In this document: piece after piece, positions 59,512 through 64,000 of the stretch
Position numbering within the stretch: position 1 is the stretch's first letter
Layout: every line of letters begins with the position of its first letter
Source of the DNA: Paludibacterium purpuratum
GTDB taxonomy: Bacteria > Pseudomonadota > Gammaproteobacteria > Burkholderiales > Chromobacteriaceae
Length of the DNA stretch: 64,000 nucleotides
Reading direction: 5' to 3'
Assembly (NCBI RefSeq): GCF_004363805.1
Contig: NZ_SNZP01000001.1
Span: 356,690-420,689 of the forward strand
Notes under the pieces: model-generated
What the model was told of the DNA's origin: nothing
Seen by the model: the letters and a program-made list of their open reading frames with translations, nothing else
The model's database searches: none
Translations under genes and position numbers: made by a program

Positions 59512-59856
59512 GTGTTGCTGACGTTGGTAGAGTTGCCGGAGTTTCGTCGGCAAGCTGCAAGGCTGTTCACGGATGGCGAGCGGCAGGATCTGATCACTTA
59601 CTTGGCCGGTCAACCGAAGGCTGGTGATCTGATTCGGGGCACTGGAGGGATTCGAAAGTTACGCTGGGCACGTGCAGGGATGGGGAAAAGCGGTGGTGCG
59701 CGTGTTATCTATTACTATCACAGTGACCTTATCCCCTTATTCTTACTGACCGCCTATGGCAAGAATGAAGCGGCCAACCTGCCTCAGGCCGAGCGAAACG
59801 AACTGGCTGTCTTGGTGGATATTTTGGCTGACTACGCGCACGGAGCATTGAAATGA
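59512..59856 (+). CDS. higB: HigB-2-type RelE/ParE-superfamily toxin
   Basis: …GDLIRGTGGIRKLRWARAGMGKSGGARVIYYYH…LLTAYGKNEAANL closely parallels Vibrio HigB-2 (…GTGGLRKIRVASKGKGKRGGSRIIYYF…LLTIYGKNE…). GTG start. Confidence 0.75.
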   Translation: MLLTLVELPEFRRQAARLFTDGERQDLITYLAGQPKAGDLIRGTGGIRKLRWARAGMGKSGGARVIYYYHSDLIPLFLLTAYGKNEAANLPQAERNELAVLVDILADYAHGALK

Positions 59857-60140
59857 GTACGCTCTTCGATAGCATCAAGCAGGGGCTGAACGAGGCCATT
59901 GCACACCAGCAGGGGCGGCCGGCCGACACGGTTGTCCACCAATTGGCGCCGCTGGACGTCAAGGCGATTCGTGCGCAGACGGGATTGACCCAGCAGGCAT
60001 TTGCCGCTCGATTTGGCGTGAGCCTTGGCACCTTGCGTCACTGGGAGAGGGGCGACCGGCAGCCGCATGGCCCGGCGCGTGTCCTGATGCTGGTGATCGC
60101 CAAGAACCCCGAAGCGGTTCTTTCTGTGTTGTCCTCGTAA
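59853..60140 (+). CDS. higA: HigA-2-type HTH (XRE) antitoxin
   Basis: 95 aa. HTH (…KAIRAQTGLTQQAFAARFGVSLGTLRHWERGDRQPHGPARVLM…). 4-nt ATGA overlap with the toxin gene. Confidence 0.75.
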   Translation: MSTLFDSIKQGLNEAIAHQQGRPADTVVHQLAPLDVKAIRAQTGLTQQAFAARFGVSLGTLRHWERGDRQPHGPARVLMLVIAKNPEAVLSVLSS

Positions 60141-60433
60141 ACGGAGAGGGTCTTGGTTTTTCTCTAGCCCTGCAGAGACTTAAGTGCAAGATCCGGTGCA
60201 ACGGACACCCTATGCAATAAAGCTGCGGCAGGGCCAGTTGGACTGCGCTGATGCTGTGTTTTCCGCTGTGTTGCCCAATCCAAACACCCCATACCCAAGT
60301 TCCATCTCCCCTTAACAACAATCGTCTAGTACCCCAAAACAAGCTTCATGCAAGGTTTATGGCGTTGTAATCCTGGCTCCGTAAGGTAGCGGCAGGTCTA
60401 GCGGCCGCGTCGCGCCGAAGTGCCGATAAATTT

Positions 60434-60449
60434 GTCTATACGTCTAAAC
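60434..60449. promoter_or_regulatory. Tandem HutC-type half-sites GTCTATAC GTCTAAAC upstream of the ABC transporter operon (candidate PhnF operator)
   Basis: Shares the GTCTATACG core with the phnG/phnF intergenic motif at 53215-53230. Confidence 0.45.
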
Positions 60450-60466
60450 ACATGGAGCCGTCTCCG

Positions 60467-61483
60467 ATGAAGAAACAGATCGCCGTTTTGCTGGGGTTGG
60501 CCCTGTCGGCCGCCTCGCTGGCTTACGCCAATACCAGCCTGACCGTGTATACCGCCCTGGAGGCCGATCAGGTGGATGCCTACAAGGCCGCCTTCCAGAA
60601 GCTCAACCCGGATATCGACATCCGCTTTGTGCGCGATTCCACCGGTGTCATTACCGCCAAGCTGCTGTCGGAAAAAGATCATCCGCAGGCCGACGCGGTC
60701 TGGGGACTGGCCGCGACCAGCCTGATGATCCTCAAACAGCAAGGGATGTTGCAGGGCTATACCCCGAAGGGCGCCGATAAGCTCAGCCGCCCGTTCGTCG
60801 ACAGCAGCAAACCGGCGCAATGGACCGGCATGGATGTCTGGGCCGCCACGATTTGCTTCAACACCGTGGAAGCCGCCAAGAAGCATCTGCCGGTGCCGCA
60901 AACCTGGGCCGATCTGACGCAACCGGTCTACAAGGGCCAGATCGTGATGCCGCATCCGGCCTCCAGCGGCACCGGTTATCTGGATGTTTCCGCCTGGCTG
61001 CAGCTGATGGGGCAAAAACAGGGCTGGGCCTATATGGACAAGCTGCACAACAACATCGCCCAGTACGTGCACTCGGGCTCCAAGCCCTGTTCCATGGCGG
61101 CGTCCGGCGAGTATCCGATTGGGATCTCGTTCGAATACCGCGGTGCGGAACTGAAGAGCCAGGGCGCGCCGATCGCGCTGATTTTCCCGAAGGAAGGTCT
61201 GGGTTGGGATCTGGAGGCAACCGCCATCGTCAAGGGCACCAAGAATCTGGCCGCCGCCCAGAAACTGGCCGACTTCTCCGCCAGCTTGCCGGCGATGCAG
61301 TTGTATCAGAAGAGCTACGCCGTGCTGGCCATGCCGGGCGTGGCGCAGCCCAACCCCAATTTGCCGCGCGATTACGCCAAGCGTTTGATCAAGAACGACT
61401 TCGGCTGGGCGGCGCAAAACCGCGATGCCATTTTGCAAGAATGGTCGCGTCGCTATGAAAGCAAGGCGGCGCCGAAGTCCTGA
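60467..61483 (+). CDS. Periplasmic substrate-binding protein of a 2-aminoethylphosphonate/Fe3+-type ABC transporter (PhnS/FbpA-like)
   Basis: Signal peptide [21 protein letters not shown]. FbpA/PhnS-family fold. Followed by its ATPase and fused permease. Confidence 0.75.
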   Translation: MKKQIAVLLGLALSAASLAYANTSLTVYTALEADQVDAYKAAFQKLNPDIDIRFVRDSTGVITAKLLSEKDHPQADAVWGLAATSLMILKQQGMLQGYTPKGADKLSRPFVDSSKPAQWTGMDVWAATICFNTVEAAKKHLPVPQTWADLTQPVYKGQIVMPHPASSGTGYLDVSAWLQLMGQKQGWAYMDKLHNNIAQYVHSGSKPCSMAASGEYPIGISFEYRGAELKSQGAPIALIFPKEGLGWDLEATAIVKGTKNLAAAQKLADFSASLPAMQLYQKSYAVLAMPGVAQPNPNLPRDYAKRLIKNDFGWAAQNRDAILQEWSRRYESKAAPKS

Positions 61484-61503
61484 TTGCGTCACAGCAACCA
61501 TCG

Positions 61504-61533
61504 AGAGCGCGGGGAGGATCCGCGCTCTTTGTT
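61504..61533 (+). terminator. Intercistronic hairpin (possible attenuator) between the SBP and ATPase genes
   Basis: Stem AGAGCGCGG / CCGCGCTCT followed by TTTGTT. Confidence 0.4.
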
Positions 61534-61548
61534 ATGAGGGAGGTCGGC

Positions 61549-62649
61549 ATGCAAGTGGCCGATGGCTTGACCCGTTTGGCGGATCACCTGACCGTCGAGC
61601 AATTGACGCGCCGCTTTGGCGCTTTTACCGCGCTGGACGCGGTGTCGCTATCGATCGGCAAAGGGGAGTTCGTCTGCCTGCTCGGCCCTTCCGGCTGCGG
61701 TAAGACAACGCTGCTGCGCCTGATCGCCGGACTCGACCAGCCGGATGGCGGACGCATCGCCCTGGCCGGGCGCGACATCACCCATGCGCCGCCGGCGGAG
61801 CGCGATTACGGCATTGTGTTCCAGAGTTATGCGCTGTTTCCCAATCTGACGGTGGCCGAGAACATCGCCTACGGCTTGAAGCCGCGCCGCGACCGGGACC
61901 GCATCGCTCAGCGCGTGCGCGCGCTGCTGGACATGGTAGGGCTGCCGGGGGTCGAGGCGCGTTACCCGGCGCAATTGTCCGGCGGGCAGCAGCAGCGCGT
62001 GGCGCTGGCGCGGGCGTTGGCCACTTCTCCCGGCATGTTGCTGTTGGACGAACCGTTGTCGGCGCTGGATGCGCGCGTGCGCGACCGGTTGCGCGAGGAA
62101 CTCAAGGGGCTGCAGCAACGCCTGGGCGTGACCACTTTGATGGTGACGCACGATCAGGAAGAGGCCTTGAACCTGGCCGACCGGGTGGTGGTGATGCAGG
62201 GAGGGCGCATCGAGCAAGTGGGCACGCCGGCCGAAATCTATCGCCGGCCGGCCAGCCGCTTTGTCGCGACCTTCGTCGGCGATGCCAACTGGCTTGCGGT
62301 CGGCAGCCGCCAGGGGCAGTCGGTCATGGTCGGCAGCCACCGCCTGCAACTGGCTGCGCCGCTGCCGGAAGCCCCCGAGTTGACGCTGTTTCTGCGCCCG
62401 GAGGATCTGGTGGTCAAAGCGCAATGGGACGGTGCGGCCAATACGGTGCTGGCACGGGTCGAGGATGTCCGTTTCGCCGGTGCGCTAACCCGGGTGCGCT
62501 TGCAGCCGGAAGGCATGCCGGGCCAGGTGCTGCATGCCGAACTGTGTCCCGCCATGCTGCAACGCCCGCCGCTGGTGCCCGGCGAGATCGTGCCGGTGGA
62601 GCTGCCCGCGACCCGGTTGTTGGCGTTTGCCGGGGAGGCCGCATGCTGA
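61549..62649 (+). CDS. ABC transporter ATP-binding protein (PotA/FbpC/PhnT-like, with C-terminal TOBE domain)
   Basis: Walker [23 protein letters not shown], Walker B LLLDEP. GAGGGAGG ribosome-binding site before the ATG at 61549. Confidence 0.85.
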   Translation: MQVADGLTRLADHLTVEQLTRRFGAFTALDAVSLSIGKGEFVCLLGPSGCGKTTLLRLIAGLDQPDGGRIALAGRDITHAPPAERDYGIVFQSYALFPNLTVAENIAYGLKPRRDRDRIAQRVRALLDMVGLPGVEARYPAQLSGGQQQRVALARALATSPGMLLLDEPLSALDARVRDRLREELKGLQQRLGVTTLMVTHDQEEALNLADRVVVMQGGRIEQVGTPAEIYRRPASRFVATFVGDANWLAVGSRQGQSVMVGSHRLQLAAPLPEAPELTLFLRPEDLVVKAQWDGAANTVLARVEDVRFAGALTRVRLQPEGMPGQVLHAELCPAMLQRPPLVPGEIVPVELPATRLLAFAGEAAC

Positions 62650-64000
62650 GCGCGATGTGGCCACGACGTCACGCAGCGCCGGGCGTCTCGCGCGGCGAAA
62701 CCCGTATCGGTCTGTTGCTGATCGGCGTGTTGACCGGCCTGTTGATCCTGGCGGTGTTGTTGCCGTTGACGTTTATTTTCGGTCGCGCGGTGCTGGACCG
62801 GCAGGATCGTTTTGTCGGACTGGCCAATCTCTGGCAGGTGCTGGACTCGCCCGGCTTGATGCGGGCGGCCATGCATAGCCTGTCGCTGGCCTTGGTGGTT
62901 TGCCTGCTGGCGATTCCGCTGGCTTTCGCCATGGCCTGGGGCTTGACCCATGCCCGCGTGCCGTGTCGGACGCTGTGGCGTCAGATCGGGCTATCGCCGC
63001 TGTTGACGCCTTCGCTGCTGCCAGGCATTTCCCTGGTCTATTTATTCGGCAACCAGGGGCCGCTGAAAGACTGGATGCCGGGCGGCACGGTCTATGGTTT
63101 TTGGGGCATGGTGCTGGGAGAACTGTACTACACCTTTCCCTATGCGCTGCTGATCCTGTCCACTGCGATGGCGGCGGCGGATGGACGGCTCTATGAAGCC
63201 GGCAGGGTGTTGGGCGCCGGCCCGTTGCGCCGGTTTCTGACCATTACCCTGCCAAGCGCGCGTTATGGCCTGGCCTCGGCCACCCTGGTGGTGGCCACGC
63301 TGGTCATGACCGATTTCGGGGTGCCGATTCTGGTGGGCGGCGATGTCGACGTGCTGGCGGTCGAAGCCTATAAGCAGGTGATCGGCCAGCAAAACTTCCC
63401 GCGCGGCGCCGTGATCGGGCTGATGCTGCTGTTGCCCGCCTTGCTGTCGTTCTTGCTTGAGCAGCGCCTGGCTCGGCGTCAGCAGGCGGCGCTGACCGCC
63501 CGGGCCGTGCCGTATGCGCCGGTGCCGCGGCCCGGGCGCGATCGGTGGGTTCTGCTGTTTCTCTGCGCGGTCTCGGCCGGGCTGCTGGGTATGTTGGCCG
63601 TCGGCGTCGGCGCCTCGCTGATCCGTTACTGGCCCTACAATCTGGCGCCGACCCTGCTGCATTACCAATTCGGCCAGTCGGACGGCGGCGGCTGGGCCGC
63701 CTACGGCAATAGTTTGGCCATGGCCGGCGCCAGCGCACTGTTCGGCACGGCGCTGGTGTTTCTCAGCGCCTATGCCTGCGAGAAAATGACCCTGGCGCCG
63801 GGCGCGCGCGCCATGCTGCGTTGCCTGGCGATGCTGCCGATGGCGGTGCCGGGACTGGTGCTGGGGCTGGGCTATGTATTCTTTTTCAATCATCCCGCCA
63901 ACCCGCTCAATGGCCTGTATGGCAGCTTGGCGCTGATGGTGGTCTGTACCATCGCCCACTTTTACAGCACCGCGCATTTGACGCTGGCCACGGCGCTTAA
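62643..64000 (+). CDS. ABC transporter permease, fused two-domain FbpB/PhnU-V-like (3'-partial; runs off the window end)
   Basis: ATG overlaps the ATPase stop (ATGCTGA). Polytopic, with a binding-protein-dependent transport EAA-like loop (…[22 protein letters not shown]…). Open to the window edge. Confidence 0.8.
   Translation, partial: MLSAMWPRRHAAPGVSRGETRIGLLLIGVLTGLLILAVLLPLTFIFGRAVLDRQDRFVGLANLWQVLDSPGLMRAAMHSLSLALVVCLLAIPLAFAMAWGLTHARVPCRTLWRQIGLSPLLTPSLLPGISLVYLFGNQGPLKDWMPGGTVYGFWGMVLGELYYTFPYALLILSTAMAAADGRLYEAGRVLGAGPLRRFLTITLPSARYGLASATLVVATLVMTDFGVPILVGGDVDVLAVEAYKQVIGQQNFPRGAVIGLMLLLPALLSFLLEQRLARRQQAALTARAVPYAPVPRPGRDRWVLLFLCAVSAGLLGMLAVGVGASLIRYWPYNLAPTLLHYQFGQSDGGGWAAYGNSLAMAGASALFGTALVFLSAYACEKMTLAPGARAMLRCLAMLPMAVPGLVLGLGYVFFFNHPANPLNGLYGSLALMVVCTIAHFYSTAHLTLATAL

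Noticed and set aside
60398-61501. 367-aa minus-strand ORF antisense to the ABC substrate-binding protein gene
   Set aside because: Antisense artefact. The SBP has a signal peptide and family homology.
63042-63977. 311-aa minus-strand ORF antisense to the ABC permease
   Set aside because: Antisense artefact.
1-64000. Scanned intergenic regions for tRNA/rRNA genes, CRISPR repeats and transposase or integrase remnants
   Set aside because: No cloverleaf-compatible segments, no regularly spaced direct repeats and no recombinase-like ORFs were seen. The only mobile-element-like signals are the phnN 3' duplication and the two toxin-antitoxin loci.

Overview
High-GC (~65%) chromosomal segment that looks betaproteobacterial; the gene order (pepP-ubiH-ubiI, dsbC, aspA, phn) resembles Chromobacteriaceae/Neisseriales, but that is inference only. 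Coordinates taken from the ORF track are exact; coordinates I counted by hand from the sequence lines may be off by 1-2 nt. Layout: (1) 1-16 kb: uvrB 3' end, a low-molecular-weight protein tyrosine phosphatase, a stand-alone CheB-type methylesterase domain protein, a sigma54 response regulator (FleR/FlrC-like) and a contiguous flagellar export/basal-body operon fliEFGHIJKLMNOPQR, followed by a secreted TIM-barrel hydrolase-like hypothetical. (2) 16-27 kb: housekeeping genes (yebC, pepP-ubiH-ubiI, dsbC, acyl-CoA-binding protein, ABC-F ATPase, LD-carboxypeptidase, LysR regulator plus aspA). (3) 27-37.6 kb: variable region with a LysR/MFS pair, an RluA-family pseudouridine synthase, an unusual 837-aa SPFH/flotillin protein with tandem repeats, an orphan SBP-like protein, a TPR protein, a metallophosphoesterase, a decayed toxin-antitoxin module, an acetyltransferase and a TetR regulator. 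(4) 37.7-43.4 kb: RND tripartite efflux operon. (5) 43.9-47.5 kb: MFS transporter, slyX, a YhcH-family protein and a ferric-reductase-like oxidoreductase. (6) 47.6-55.3 kb: C-P lyase phosphonate cluster phnGHIJKLM (minus strand) and phnF-DUF1045-phnN (plus strand). (7) 55.3-60.1 kb: a LysR/MFS/glyoxylate-reductase segment bracketed by a duplicated phnN 3' end, then an AT-rich HigB2/HigA2 toxin-antitoxin pair. (8) 60.4-64 kb: a 2-aminoethylphosphonate/Fe3+-type ABC transporter (SBP, ATPase, fused permease; partial). No rRNA, tRNA, CRISPR array or transposase was recognised. Because of the high GC content there are many long spurious antisense ORFs. The most unusual items are the repeat-expanded flotillin-like protein, the phnN 3'-end duplication flanking a 3.9-kb insert, two toxin-antitoxin loci (one decayed, one intact) and a shared HutC-type operator motif upstream of both phn-related operons.
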